Below, in pieces: positions 18,794-29,879 of a stretch of 64,000 nucleotides of DNA. The notes under the pieces are model-generated. The model was not told the DNA's origin and made no database searches. It worked only from the letters and a program-made list of their open reading frames with translations. Source of the stretch: Candidatus Latescibacterota bacterium (GTDB taxonomy: Bacteria > Latescibacterota > CBDEFO01); contig CBDEFO010000008.1 in assembly GCA_965237525.1 (NCBI GenBank), forward strand, positions 608,001 through 672,000. Reading direction: 5' to 3'. Both the position numbers and the translations under genes were made by a program. Each line of letters begins with the position of its first letter. Position 1 is the first letter of the stretch.

Positions 18794-19867
18794 CTACGCC
18801 TTGGCTACTGCCTCGGCCACAAGGTCGCCGACTTGACTTGTGGAATAGCCCATTTCCCCAGCCGACAGGCTCTTGAGTTTCGTACTCAACACCTCCACTA
18901 TAGCATTTTCGAGTATCCGGGATGCCTTTGATTCCCCTAAAACGTCCAGCATCATCTGGCACGCTGAGATCGCAGCCATAGGATTGATGATGCCCTGTCC
19001 CGTGTACTTGGGGGCCGATCCCCCTATAGGCTCAAACATGGAGACGCCCTCAGGGTTGATATTCCCACCTGCCGCTATACCCATACCGCCCTGTATCATG
19101 GCTCCAAGATCGGTTATGATGTCGCCGAACATATTGTCAGTGACTATCACGTCAAACCATTCAGGATTCTTGACCATCCACATGCAGGTGGCGTCCACGT
19201 GGGCGTATTCCCGCTTTACCTCGGGATAGTCCTTTGCTCCCACTTCGTGAAAGACGCGTTCCCAAAGATCAAAGGCGTACGTGAGCACATTGGTCTTGCC
19301 GCAGAGAGTTACGGTCTTTTCCTTTTCGCGCCTACCACACAGTTGGAAGGCGTATCGAATGCACCTTTCGACGCCTTTCCGCGTATTAATCGACTCCTGA
19401 ACGGCGATCTCATCTGGTGTGCCCTTCTTTACAAAGCCACCTGTACCAGTGTAGATCCCCTCCGTATTCTCTCTAACTACCACAAAATCTATATCCTCTG
19501 GACCCTTATCCTTTATGGGAGTCTCAACCCCTGGGTAGAGCTTAACCGGACGCAGATTGATGTACTGATCCAGTTCGAATCTGAGTCTTAAAAGGATGCC
19601 CTTTTCCAGGATGCCGGGTGCGACGTCGGGATGACCGATAGCACCTAAGTATATGGCGTCGAACTTTCTCAACTCTTCGACTGCAGAATCGGGAATGACC
19701 TCCCCGGTCCTTTTATACCTTTCCCCTCCGAAATCGAAAGTTGTAACTTCATATTTAAGGGCGGCCTTATCTGCTACAGCTTGCAGAGTCTTAAGCCCTT
19801 CAACCACTACTTCAGGACCCGTCCCATCGCCTGGTATTACGGCTATTTTGTACAATTTAGTCTCCAT
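18794..19867 (-). CDS. leuB: 3-isopropylmalate dehydrogenase
   Basis: IPGDGTGPEV, VRENTEG, DNMFGDIITD, FEPIGGSAP; leu operon context. Confidence 0.92.
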   Translation of the reverse strand: METKLYKIAVIPGDGTGPEVVVEGLKTLQAVADKAALKYEVTTFDFGGERYKRTGEVIPDSAVEELRKFDAIYLGAIGHPDVAPGILEKGILLRLRFELDQYINLRPVKLYPGVETPIKDKGPEDIDFVVVRENTEGIYTGTGGFVKKGTPDEIAVQESINTRKGVERCIRYAFQLCGRREKEKTVTLCGKTNVLTYAFDLWERVFHEVGAKDYPEVKREYAHVDATCMWMVKNPEWFDVIVTDNMFGDIITDLGAMIQGGMGIAAGGNINPEGVSMFEPIGGSAPKYTGQGIINPMAAISACQMMLDVLGESKASRILENAIVEVLSTKLKSLSAGEMGYSTSQVGDLVAEAVAKA

Positions 19868-19956
19868 CTTAAATTGGTCGTCCAATTCATGCGCGTACAT
19901 CACTTGGCGCTTTGCTGCCTCCACTTCATGCTCCCTAACAGAGCGCCACGGCGCCC

Positions 19957-20568
19957 CTACATTTTTCCTTCAAAAGCCTCTATTTCCTTTCTGTACTGCA
20001 GTGTCCAGCCGATCTCGTCGAGTCCTTCCAACAGACAGTATTTCTCAAAGGCGTCAATATCGAATGAATATGTTCTACCATCCATAAGTACTACCTCTTG
20101 ATTTTCTAGATCGACAGTAATCTTATAGCCGACCTGTCGCAGAACGTCCGCAAATATCCTGTCAACGAGAGAATCTGGAAGCACTATAGGTAGCATCCCG
20201 TTCTTATAGCAGTTTCCGCGAAAAATATCCGCAAATGAGGGCGCGATAATCACCGGGATTCCGAAATCCCCAAGCGCCCAGGGGGCATGCTCGCGGGAAC
20301 TGCCGCATCCGAAGTTCCTTCTTGCGATTAAGATACTGGCACCGTTGTATCTTTCCTGATTGAGCGGGAAATCGGGATTCAGCGTCCCATCCTCCAGATA
20401 GCGCCAATCGTGGAAAAGGTATTCTCCAAATCCCGTTCGCTCGATCCTCTTGAGGAACTGCTTGGGGATTATCTGATCCGTATCTACATCGACGCGATCT
20501 AACGGGACACAGAGCCCGACGTGTCCGTCCCCGATTGAACCTATCGGGGATTTGATAAAATTCCGCAT
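19957..20568 (-). CDS. leuD: 3-isopropylmalate dehydratase small subunit with a 9-aa repeat-derived insertion
   Basis: [29 protein letters not shown]. Confidence 0.96.
   Translation of the reverse strand: MRNFIKSPIGSIGDGHVGLCVPLDRVDVDTDQIIPKQFLKRIERTGFGEYLFHDWRYLEDGTLNPDFPLNQERYNGASILIARRNFGCGSSREHAPWALGDFGIPVIIAPSFADIFRGNCYKNGMLPIVLPDSLVDRIFADVLRQVGYKITVDLENQEVVLMDGRTYSFDIDAFEKYCLLEGLDEIGWTLQYRKEIEAFEGKM
20524..20550 (-). repeat. Family A palindrome inserted in frame in leuD
   Basis: tccccgataggttcaatcggggacgga encodes SPIGSIGDG between MRNFIK and [10 protein letters not shown]. Confidence 0.85.
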
Positions 20569-20579
20569 TATGACTCCTT

Positions 20580-21983
20580 TTATACCCACTTTCGAATATC
20601 CACAAAGTGACCTGCTATAGCTGCGGCTGCTGCCATCTGTGGGCTAACTAAATGTGTCCTGCCGCCTTTGCCCTGTCTGCCTTCGAAATTCCTGTTGGAC
20701 GTGCTGGCACATCTCTCTCCGGCACCAAGGACATCTGGATTCATCCCGAGACACATACTGCACCCAGACTCCCGCCATTCAAACCCTGCTTCCTTGAATA
20801 CCGTACCCAGTCCCTCGCATTCGGCCTCTCTCTTGACAGACTGCGAGCCGGGGACGACAAGTACTTGGACGTGATCCGCCACTTTACGCCCGTTGATAAC
20901 GGAGGCGGCCGCTCTCAGGTCACTGATCCGGGAGTTGGTGCAACTTCCGATGAAGACCTTATCAATCTTGATGTCGGTTATCCTCGTGTTCGGCTTCAGA
21001 TTCATATAGTCAAGTGTTCGAAGGGCGGCCTTTCGATCGTCCGAACTCGGCATCTTATCCGGATCAGGAACAACGTCGGTAACATCTACCACCATCCCTG
21101 GATTTGTCCCCCATGTCACCTGTGGTACAACGCTATTTGCGTTGAGCTGGAGCGTCGCGTCGTAGATTGCGTCTTCATCTGTCGCAAGTCTCTTCCATTC
21201 CTCTACAACGCGGTCAAAATCTTCGCCTTTGGGACAGAATGCACGTTCTGCAAGATATTCAAACGTAGTATCGTCTGGAGCGACCATCCCTGCCTTTGCC
21301 CCTGCTTCAATGGACATATTGCACACGGTCATCCGCTCCTCCATACTCATAGATCTAACCGCAGAGCCCGTGTACTCTATCACCTTTCCTGTCCCGCCAT
21401 TTATACCGATCTTCCCGATAATCGTCAATATGACATCTTTGGCGGTCACGCCCTTTGAGAGTTGGCCGTCAACTCTTATCTCAAACGTCTTTGGGCGATT
21501 CTGCAAGAGACATTGAGAAGCTAGAACGTGTTCGATCTCGCTGGTTCCTATGCCGAAGGCAAGCGCTCCGAAAGCCCCATGAGTAGATGTATGACTGTCG
21601 CCGCAAACAATAGTCTTGCCCGGCTGTGTAATCCCCAACTCGGGGCCGATAATATGAACGATCCCCTGGTTCGGGCTGTTAAGATCGTAAAGAGTAACTC
21701 CATACTCCTTGCAGTTTTGGGCCAGCGTTTCCATCTGTCTGTTTGCAATTTCGTCGAGGATAGGCAGCGATCTGTCCGTGGTCGGGACGTTGTGATCCAT
21801 CGTGGCAAAGGTCAAATCGGGGCGCCGGAGGATTCTGCCCGCCTGTCTCAATCCATCGAACGCCTGAGCTGAAGTGATCTCGTGAACCAGATGGACATCT
21901 ATATATAAGATGGTCGGCTCTCCACCGTGCTCTCGCACAACATGAGCGTCCCATACCTTCTGAAACATCGTCCTGCCGTTCAT
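20580..21983 (-). CDS. leuC: 3-isopropylmalate dehydratase large subunit
   Basis: [42 protein letters not shown]. Confidence 0.97.
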   Translation of the reverse strand: MNGRTMFQKVWDAHVVREHGGEPTILYIDVHLVHEITSAQAFDGLRQAGRILRRPDLTFATMDHNVPTTDRSLPILDEIANRQMETLAQNCKEYGVTLYDLNSPNQGIVHIIGPELGITQPGKTIVCGDSHTSTHGAFGALAFGIGTSEIEHVLASQCLLQNRPKTFEIRVDGQLSKGVTAKDVILTIIGKIGINGGTGKVIEYTGSAVRSMSMEERMTVCNMSIEAGAKAGMVAPDDTTFEYLAERAFCPKGEDFDRVVEEWKRLATDEDAIYDATLQLNANSVVPQVTWGTNPGMVVDVTDVVPDPDKMPSSDDRKAALRTLDYMNLKPNTRITDIKIDKVFIGSCTNSRISDLRAAASVINGRKVADHVQVLVVPGSQSVKREAECEGLGTVFKEAGFEWRESGCSMCLGMNPDVLGAGERCASTSNRNFEGRQGKGGRTHLVSPQMAAAAAIAGHFVDIRKWV

Positions 21984-22011
21984 AGAGTTTCTCACTGACT
22001 GGGACGAGTGG

Positions 22012-22100
22012 TCCCCGATTGAATCTATCGGGAATCGCCCTACATTACACAGGGCTGGGTTAGGTGCCCTGTCTACTGTTTGCAGTCTACTGTCTATTTG
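22012..22100. repeat. Family A palindrome plus family C heptamer (TGTCTAC)-type element
   Basis: tccccgattgaatctatcggga, then acagggctgggttaggtgccctgtctactgtttgcagtctactgtcta. Confidence 0.75.
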
Positions 22101-22103
22101 TTT

Positions 22104-23678
22104 TCAGACTGTTGGCTCTATCCTATCTTCCTTCTGTTCCCTCTTTGCCACTAACTTGTTCAGGCCGTCAACGTATGCCTTTGCGCTGGCAAGGATCACG
22201 TCAGTGGAGACGCCCTTGCCAATAATGATTGTGCCGTCGTCCTTAAGCCTGACTATAGCCTCGCCCATAGCTTCTGTCCCGCTGGTGATGGCTCTAATGG
22301 AGTATTGCTCAAGCTCCACGTCCAGACCTGTAACCTTCCCGATTGCCTTGTAGGCAGCATCTACAGGGCCATCTCCGCAGGCCGCCTCTTGAACGACCTC
22401 CTGCCCATCTATCCTCATCCGGATCGTGGCTGTCGGAATAGCATCCGTCCCGCTCAAGGTATGCAGATACTGAAGCTGATACTTCTCCGGGACGTCCCTT
22501 ATCTCATCTTCGACTATGGCCTCCAGGTCCTCGTCGAAGACCTCCTTCTTTTTGTCAGCCACCTCTAGGAATCTCTCATACGCCCGTTCAAGCTCCTCAT
22601 CTGAGAGCTTATATCCCAGGGCCTCTATTCTGACCTTAAACCCGTGCCTGCCCGAATGTCGGCCGAGCACTATCTTGCTGGATTCGAGACCTATAGACTC
22701 CGGGGTCATGATCTCATAGGTCTCTCTCTTTTTGAGGACGCCATCCACGTGTATGCCGGACTCGTGAGCGAACGCGTTCGCTCCTACGATGGCTTTAGTG
22801 GGTTGAACGTGTATCCCGGTCAGATTGGACACAAGCCTGCTGGTCCTGTATATCTCCTCCGTCTTGATGCCGGTGTGCACGGCCGTTATGTCCCGGCGCG
22901 TCTTGATCGCCATTACGATCTCTTCCAACGAGGCGTTGCCAGCGCGTTCTCCCAAGCCATTTACCGTACATTCGACCTGTCTTGCCCCGTTGTTGACTGC
23001 CGCAAGTGAGTTGGCTACGGCGAGGCCCAAGTCGTTGTGGCAATGCACGCTTATTATGGCGTTGTCGATGTTGGGCACCCTGTCAAAGAGCACCTTTATC
23101 ATAGCCCCAAATTCCGCAGGCATGCAGTATCCTGTAGTATCAGGTATATTTACTGTCGTGGCTCCGGCGTCTATCGTAGCCTCGGCAACGCGGCAGAGAT
23201 AATCGGGATCTGTCCTTCCCGCGTCTTCGGGGGAAAACTCCACGTCCTTTGTATAGCTCTTCGCAAGCTTTACGGAGTCCACAGCCATCTGGAGGATCGT
23301 ATCCCTCTTCTCCTCCAGCGTTTCTCCGTACTTGTCGGAGCCGAATTTCCCCTTGATGTGGATGTCAGACGTGCCGATAAAGGTATGTATCCGGGGCTTT
23401 GGGGCGTCCTTTATAGCCTCCCAGACCCTGTCAATATCCAGCTTTACGGCCCTTGCCAGTCCTGCAATTATAGGACCTTCTACCTCCCTTGCTATTATCT
23501 CCACAGCCTCAAACTGAACCGGAGACGATACGGGGAAGCCCGCCTCGATGATGTCAATGTTGAGCCTGGCCAATTGATGAGCGATCTCTACTTTTTCGTG
23601 TATGTCCAGACTGGCGCCGGGCGATTGCTCACCGTCTCTCAAGGTGGTGTCAAATATTAATACCTTATCTTTATCCAT
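22104..23678 (-). CDS. leuA: 2-isopropylmalate synthase
   Basis: [47 protein letters not shown]. Confidence 0.96.
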   Translation of the reverse strand: MDKDKVLIFDTTLRDGEQSPGASLDIHEKVEIAHQLARLNIDIIEAGFPVSSPVQFEAVEIIAREVEGPIIAGLARAVKLDIDRVWEAIKDAPKPRIHTFIGTSDIHIKGKFGSDKYGETLEEKRDTILQMAVDSVKLAKSYTKDVEFSPEDAGRTDPDYLCRVAEATIDAGATTVNIPDTTGYCMPAEFGAMIKVLFDRVPNIDNAIISVHCHNDLGLAVANSLAAVNNGARQVECTVNGLGERAGNASLEEIVMAIKTRRDITAVHTGIKTEEIYRTSRLVSNLTGIHVQPTKAIVGANAFAHESGIHVDGVLKKRETYEIMTPESIGLESSKIVLGRHSGRHGFKVRIEALGYKLSDEELERAYERFLEVADKKKEVFDEDLEAIVEDEIRDVPEKYQLQYLHTLSGTDAIPTATIRMRIDGQEVVQEAACGDGPVDAAYKAIGKVTGLDVELEQYSIRAITSGTEAMGEAIVRLKDDGTIIIGKGVSTDVILASAKAYVDGLNKLVAKREQKEDRIEPTV

Positions 23679-23683
23679 CCTTT

Positions 23684-23809
23684 TTACTCCCCTGCATCCG
23701 CCGGAGTGGAGGTTTCAAAAGCAGATGGAACCCTCCGGCGATCTGGCTTCATCTGCTCAAGTAGACATAGTTCATCTTCGTCTTTCAAACCGCTAAGGTT
23801 GGATTCCAT
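23684..23809 (-). CDS. 41-aa small ORF / structured leader upstream of leuA
   Basis: AAGGAGGTG RBS, then [41 protein letters not shown], stopping 5 nt before the leuA ATG. Confidence 0.45.
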   Translation of the reverse strand: MESNLSGLKDEDELCLLEQMKPDRRRVPSAFETSTPADAGE

Positions 23810-23862
23810 CTCTTTCACCTCCTTCGGATGCTGACAAGATATTTTCTATATCGATTTTTCGA

Positions 23863-24420
23863 TTAGCCACTTCTTTCCACCTGATTCCATTCATGCTCAA
23901 GCATAGCATATAGAAAGGAGTCGCGCCATCTTCCCTTTTCGTAACTGTCCTCTCGGAGATGCCCCTCCTGCCGCATTCCAATTTTCTCTAAGACTTTCGC
24001 CGACGCAACGCTTTCTGTGTCGCACGTGGCAAAGATCCTATGTAAGCCCAACTGCTCGAAACCGAAAGCAAGAATCGTCTCCCCAGCCTCAGTTGCGTAT
24101 TCCCGTCCCCAGAAGTGCCGACTATAGCAGTATCCGATCGATCCTTCCAGATGGCCTTCCACAGAAATACCACATCCACCTATAAGCCGATCCTCTTCCT
24201 TCAGGACAACTGCCAACTCAAAGTGCCTCCGGGGTTCAGCCCGTTGATGTGTGATCACCCTCTGGATGAAATCACTCGTATCCTCTTCGCTGTCGGGTCC
24301 CCATTCCATGTAGCGAACCACCTCAGGATCAGAGGCGTAGGTATGTACCGATTCCCAATCGGCTTCCTCAAAGTCTCGAAGTATAAGACGCTCCGTTCGC
24401 AATGGCAGATTAATGATCAT
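23863..24420 (-). CDS. GNAT acetyltransferase, RimJ/RimL family
   Basis: LRTERLILRDF, IGYC...FWGREYATEA, ASAKVLEKIGMRQEG. Confidence 0.9.
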   Translation of the reverse strand: MIINLPLRTERLILRDFEEADWESVHTYASDPEVVRYMEWGPDSEEDTSDFIQRVITHQRAEPRRHFELAVVLKEEDRLIGGCGISVEGHLEGSIGYCYSRHFWGREYATEAGETILAFGFEQLGLHRIFATCDTESVASAKVLEKIGMRQEGHLREDSYEKGRWRDSFLYAMLEHEWNQVERSG

Positions 24421-24431
24421 CCTCTATGCTT

Positions 24432-24472
24432 TCTGCTTCTCCAGCCAACTCATCATACCTCTCAATTTCTTT
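24432..24472 (-). repeat. Direct repeat copy 2 of the ilvC 3' end
   Basis: 38/41 nt identical to 25640-25680; encodes KKLRGMMSWLEK. Confidence 0.9.
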
Positions 24473-24522
24473 GCGACCTGTTCCATTAAAGGATCAAAAA
24501 CGCCACAATCTTATCAGTTTGA

Positions 24523-25554
24523 TCATTCAAGTTTTTTCCTGGCTTCTATTTTCTCACGCCCTTTTCCACGGTTCACTGCAAAGCAGTACCCACAATCACT
24601 ACATTGCATGGCGCTTATTCCTGAGGGCAATGGATTTGCAAAAACCGTGCGGCCCTCAGCGAAATCGAGTGTCCCCATTCCACAAACTGGGCAGAATTCC
24701 GTTGTCAGTTCTAGTGGAGGATATCCCCGAGCAATCACGAGGCGAATTATGGTGCAATCACCGAGTGCTTCTTTAGCGTCTTTCCAACGATCAACGGGTT
24801 TGTGGCGAATTGTTTTCTCAAAGATATGATGCAGGTGCCAGGTCTGTGGGTGGTCTGGAAAAATTGATTCCATAGATTTTGCGTTGAACACTGGTGATTC
24901 CCTAGCGAGAGCCATTAAGTTCGTGATTGCCGACCAAAGGATCTTCCCAGCAGAATAAAGATCTGAAGAACTTGATATTTCACCTTCTGCGCCTGGCTCG
25001 CATTCAGGTGCCAAGTAATAAGGGGTTCCTACACCTTCGTCGGTCAACGTTATTCGTGTGGCTTCTTCAATTTGACATATTCCGAAATCTATCACTTTGA
25101 TTGATTCATCTGGCACTATCAGAATATTAGCTGGACTTAGATCACGATGTACAATCCCTATAGCTTCACACTCACGAATAACTTCAACAATCTGAGTAAA
25201 CAAATCTAAAGATTTCAATACATTTCCATAATAAGGATTTTCATCTATCTCCATCAGTTTTTTCAAGGACCTAGCCCCTTCAACGAGTTCCATTACGTAA
25301 TAATTGAAATCATCGTCGATTTCGGAGTGATCTAATATCTTAGCTATGAAGGGATGATCTAGGTTCTTAATTGCATGTATTTCTCTGTGGAATCTCTCAA
25401 ATGCCTTCTGAGGTTTGTTCTTCGACAAAACCTTCATCGCATACTTCCTCTTGTCTTTTTCCGTTTTGTCTTCCACCTCAAGAACCTTTCCTTGCCCACC
25501 TTCACCGAGAGTTATTCCTCTGAATTCCCATTTAAGGTTGTCAGGTATTTTCAT
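24523..25554 (-). CDS. Hanks-type Ser/Thr protein kinase with C-terminal Zn ribbon, AT-rich
   Basis: GEGGQG, AMK, HRDLSPAN, DFG, GTPYYLAPE; CPVC...CSDC. Confidence 0.92.
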   Translation of the reverse strand: MKIPDNLKWEFRGITLGEGGQGKVLEVEDKTEKDKRKYAMKVLSKNKPQKAFERFHREIHAIKNLDHPFIAKILDHSEIDDDFNYYVMELVEGARSLKKLMEIDENPYYGNVLKSLDLFTQIVEVIRECEAIGIVHRDLSPANILIVPDESIKVIDFGICQIEEATRITLTDEGVGTPYYLAPECEPGAEGEISSSSDLYSAGKILWSAITNLMALARESPVFNAKSMESIFPDHPQTWHLHHIFEKTIRHKPVDRWKDAKEALGDCTIIRLVIARGYPPLELTTEFCPVCGMGTLDFAEGRTVFANPLPSGISAMQCSDCGYCFAVNRGKGREKIEARKKLE

Positions 25555-25640
25555 TTTTCGTTTTGACTGATATCTCCTAAAACGGCAGTTGTACTAGCCG
25601 TTTGGGCAGTACAAAAGCACCGCCCTATCTTCCATACCCT

Positions 25641-26694
<1,054 letters not shown>

Positions 26695-26698
26695 TTAT

Positions 26699-27190
26699 TC
26701 AGGTTTTGCCCCTGTACTCTCTGGCAAGAGCGACTTTACCTGTGCGGGCTATCTCTTTTACGCCGAAGGGCTTAAGCATGCTAATTATGGCGTCGACCTT
26801 ATCCACCGAGCCGGTGGCCTCCACCGTAAGAGTACTCGGACTTATATCTATTATTTTGGCGCGAAATACATCCACAATCTCCATAATCTCAGATCTGGAA
26901 CTCCTACCAGCCTTCAATTTCACCAGAGCCAGCTCGCGTTCTACAAAGTTCTCGTTGGTAAGGTCCACAACTTTAATGACATCAATTAATCTATTAAGCT
27001 GTTTGGTGACCTGTTCCAATGTCCTATCGTCTCCGTTGACGACGATAGTCATCCTTGAGACGGTGGGATCGTCTGTCTCCCCCACAGAGAGACTGTCAAT
27101 GTTGAAGCCCCTTCCGGCAAAGAGCCCGGAGATGTGACTTAAAACACCTGCCTTATTCTCTACCAGAACCGAGATAGTATGATTCTTCAT
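26699..27190 (-). CDS. ilvN: Acetolactate synthase small subunit
   Basis: ISVLVENKAGVL, RGFNIDSL, ERELALVK, EIARTG. Confidence 0.95.
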   Translation of the reverse strand: MKNHTISVLVENKAGVLSHISGLFAGRGFNIDSLSVGETDDPTVSRMTIVVNGDDRTLEQVTKQLNRLIDVIKVVDLTNENFVERELALVKLKAGRSSRSEIMEIVDVFRAKIIDISPSTLTVEATGSVDKVDAIISMLKPFGVKEIARTGKVALAREYRGKT

Positions 27191-27245
27191 GGATAACTCT
27201 CACTTAAAATAGTACATGACAACAAGTAGGCGACGCAGTCTAAGC

Positions 27246-27358
27246 GAGATTGCTTCCCCCCACCCCCCGATAGAGTCAATCGGGGCTTCAATCGGAGACT
27301 CGCAATGACGGTTTAGGGAGGAGAGGCGGTCCCCCCTGTCTACTGTTTGCTGTCTACA
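27246..27358. repeat. Composite repeat: family B arms enclosing a family A palindrome, followed by family C heptamers
   Basis: gagattgcttc...ccccgatagagtcaatcgggg...ctcgcaatgac...ctgtctactgtttgctgtctac. Confidence 0.8.
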
Positions 27359-27362
27359 GCTT

Positions 27363-29081
27363 TCACGCCATTCCGTCCACCATGTGATCTAACTTGTCCT
27401 TTGTGACCAATCCGCCGACCATCTCATGTATCGCCTTTCCCGCAGGGACCATGGGATAGACATTTTCCATCTGATCCACGATGAAGTCAACGACCACGGG
27501 ACCGTCCATAGAGAGGGCCTGTTGGATTAGGGGTCTAACCTCACTCGGCTTTGTGGCTCTTATACCCGGTATGCCGTAGGCTTCTGCCAGCTTCACAAAG
27601 TCGGGAGACACTCCTAAATACGTGGCCGAATACCTGTTCTCGAAGAACAACTCCTGCCACTGTCTGACCATGCCCAAATACAGGTTATTGATGATGAATG
27701 CCTTAATCGGCATCCTGTTTTCGGATATAGTTGCAAGTTCCTGCGAGTTCATAACGAAACTACCGTCGCCCGAAAGATTAATAATAGTATGGTCGGGCTT
27801 TGCGTAGTATGCCCCCATACAGGCTGGAAGTCCGAAGCCCATTGTCCCCAGACCCCCAGAAGTTATGTGCGTCCTGCACTTTGTGAACTTATAATACTGA
27901 GCCGTCCACATTTGATGCTGTCCCACATCGGTGATTACTATGGTTTTATCTTTATCGCAGAGGTCATCCATCTGGTCTATGACGTATTGCGGCTTTATGA
28001 CCTCGTCGCTTTGATCATATATCAGCGGGAACTCCGACTTCCAGGCATCTATCTTATCGTTCCACCCGTTTCTTTCCTTGGGCTTCAATAGCTTATTAAG
28101 TTCCCTCAATATCTTCTTGGCGTCCCCGACAACAGGTATATCCACCTTAACGTTCTTACTTATCGCGGCAGGGTCTATGTCTATGTGTATGACCTTAGCC
28201 TGCGGGGCAAAGGCGTCCAACTTGCCCGTAACCCTGTCGTCGAACCTGACTCCCACAGATATGATAAGCTCGCACTCCTGGAAGGACATATTGGCACACC
28301 TTGTCCCGTGCATCCCGGGCATCCCCACAAAAAGAGAATGATCTCCCGGGAAAGCGCCTAGTCCCATAAGAGTAGTGGTTACAGGAGCCTTTATCTTCTC
28401 TGCTAATTGGCGCACTTCATCTGCCGCATCCGAGGCGATTATCCCGCCGCCCACGTAAAGGTAACAGGCGTTTGCCTCCATTATCATCTGGGCCGCTTTT
28501 TCTATCTGTCTGGAATGCCCCTGTGTGGTGGGCTTGTAGCCCCTTATGTTTATCTTTTCTGGCCACACAAACTCCGTCTTTGCCATTATTACGTCTTTGG
28601 GAATATCTATCAAGACAGGACCGGGTCTGCCTGTCGCAGCGATATGGAAAGCCTCCCTCACTACTCTTGCTACATCTTTAAAACCTTTAACAAGAAAGAC
28701 GTGTTTTGAAACAGGTCTGGCCACCCCCGTCGTGTCAGCCTCCTGAAACGCATCGCTGCCTATCGCAAAGGTGGGTACCTGACCCGTAATGACCACCATA
28801 GGTGAAGAGTCCATCTGGGACGTAGCCAGTCCCGTCACGGTATTTGTAGCAGCAGGCCCCGAAGTTACCAAACAGACTCCCGGCTTGCCAGTAGCCCTTC
28901 CGTAGCCATCTGCCGCGTGAGCCGCGCCCTGCTCGTGCCTTGTCAGTACGACCTTAATATCATCCTGTTTGTAAAGGTCGTCGAAGACGGGAATGACCAC
29001 ACCGCCGGGAATACCGAATATAACCTCCACACCCTCTCTTTTGAGGGATTCTATGAGTATCTGAGAGCCTGTCATCTCCAT
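27363..29081 (-). CDS. ilvB: Acetolactate synthase large subunit
   Basis: FGIPGG, RHEQGAAHAADG, DVGQHQMW, SGGLGTMGFG, GDGSF, LGMVRQWQ. Confidence 0.96.
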   Translation of the reverse strand: MEMTGSQILIESLKREGVEVIFGIPGGVVIPVFDDLYKQDDIKVVLTRHEQGAAHAADGYGRATGKPGVCLVTSGPAATNTVTGLATSQMDSSPMVVITGQVPTFAIGSDAFQEADTTGVARPVSKHVFLVKGFKDVARVVREAFHIAATGRPGPVLIDIPKDVIMAKTEFVWPEKINIRGYKPTTQGHSRQIEKAAQMIMEANACYLYVGGGIIASDAADEVRQLAEKIKAPVTTTLMGLGAFPGDHSLFVGMPGMHGTRCANMSFQECELIISVGVRFDDRVTGKLDAFAPQAKVIHIDIDPAAISKNVKVDIPVVGDAKKILRELNKLLKPKERNGWNDKIDAWKSEFPLIYDQSDEVIKPQYVIDQMDDLCDKDKTIVITDVGQHQMWTAQYYKFTKCRTHITSGGLGTMGFGLPACMGAYYAKPDHTIINLSGDGSFVMNSQELATISENRMPIKAFIINNLYLGMVRQWQELFFENRYSATYLGVSPDFVKLAEAYGIPGIRATKPSEVRPLIQQALSMDGPVVVDFIVDQMENVYPMVPAGKAIHEMVGGLVTKDKLDHMVDGMA

Positions 29082-29238
29082 AATTCATCACCTCTTTGTT
29101 GTTTATTGGGTTCTTTAATCAAGTTTCTTAAAGGTCTTTTTTCCAGAAATAAATATAAGAATGCCACTTACCTTTGAATTCCTTTCAGAGGCTCAAGTCC
29201 TTAAGTCAGTATTTTGTTTTCAAAGGGGGAATTAAGAC

Positions 29239-29355
29239 TTAGGGAAGGGCCTCTTTTTTGCCAATTAGTAGAAGTACAATTACGAGGCCTATCGATACAG
29301 GAAGGATACGTACAGCGACCATGGGAAGTACGATGTTTGTAATAGACAATAACAT
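29239..29355 (-). promoter_or_regulatory. Ile/Leu/Val-rich leader peptide (38 aa), probable attenuator of the ilv-leu operon
   Basis: GGAGGTG RBS; MLLSITNIVLPMVAVRILPVSIGLVIVLLLIGKKEALP has 21/38 I/L/V; lies between a sigma70-like promoter and ilvB. Confidence 0.75.
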
Positions 29356-29486
29356 GCCTGCACCTCCGGCAGAGGCTACGTTGAAAGAGACAGATTCAGA
29401 GTTAGAAGCAGTATTGTCGGTAAACATTACCCGTTACCCGTAATTTGTAGAAGTTGCTATTATTTGGGGGATCCTTTCACAACTGA

Positions 29487-29515
29487 AATATATATAATAT
29501 ACATAGAGTTGTCAA
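29487..29515 (-). promoter_or_regulatory. Sigma70-type promoter of the ilv-leu operon
   Basis: TTGACA-17 nt-TATATT on the minus strand. Confidence 0.7.
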
Positions 29516-29879
29516 GTAAAATTTGGAGTCGTAGAGACTTTCCCTCTGCGATACAGCATACTCCACTTCAAAAGTTCTGTGTTCCACACAAAAGCAGCTT
29601 TAATTGCAATCCAAGCGTAGATTTTGCTTGCCTGTAAACAGTGATATGAGTATATTTGCTTTTGATGGCGACCCTGAATCTACAAAGGGTATCCAAAATG
29701 GAAGTTCTCCATAATTGTAATTGAAGTCTTCCATGATTGCGATTATGGAACTTCGACAATAGTAAATCCTCGATACCTGGTAGGTTGGGTCGCCTTTTTA
29801 TCTACAAGCCGTACGAAGAAACAGATGATAAGATAGTCCGGATGTTACAATCCGAATAAACTGTCCCCGTATCTACAAA

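Noticed and set aside
29568..29800. Short AT-rich minus-strand ORFs
   Set aside because: No RBS or recognisable family; possibly a decayed fragment, but unsupported
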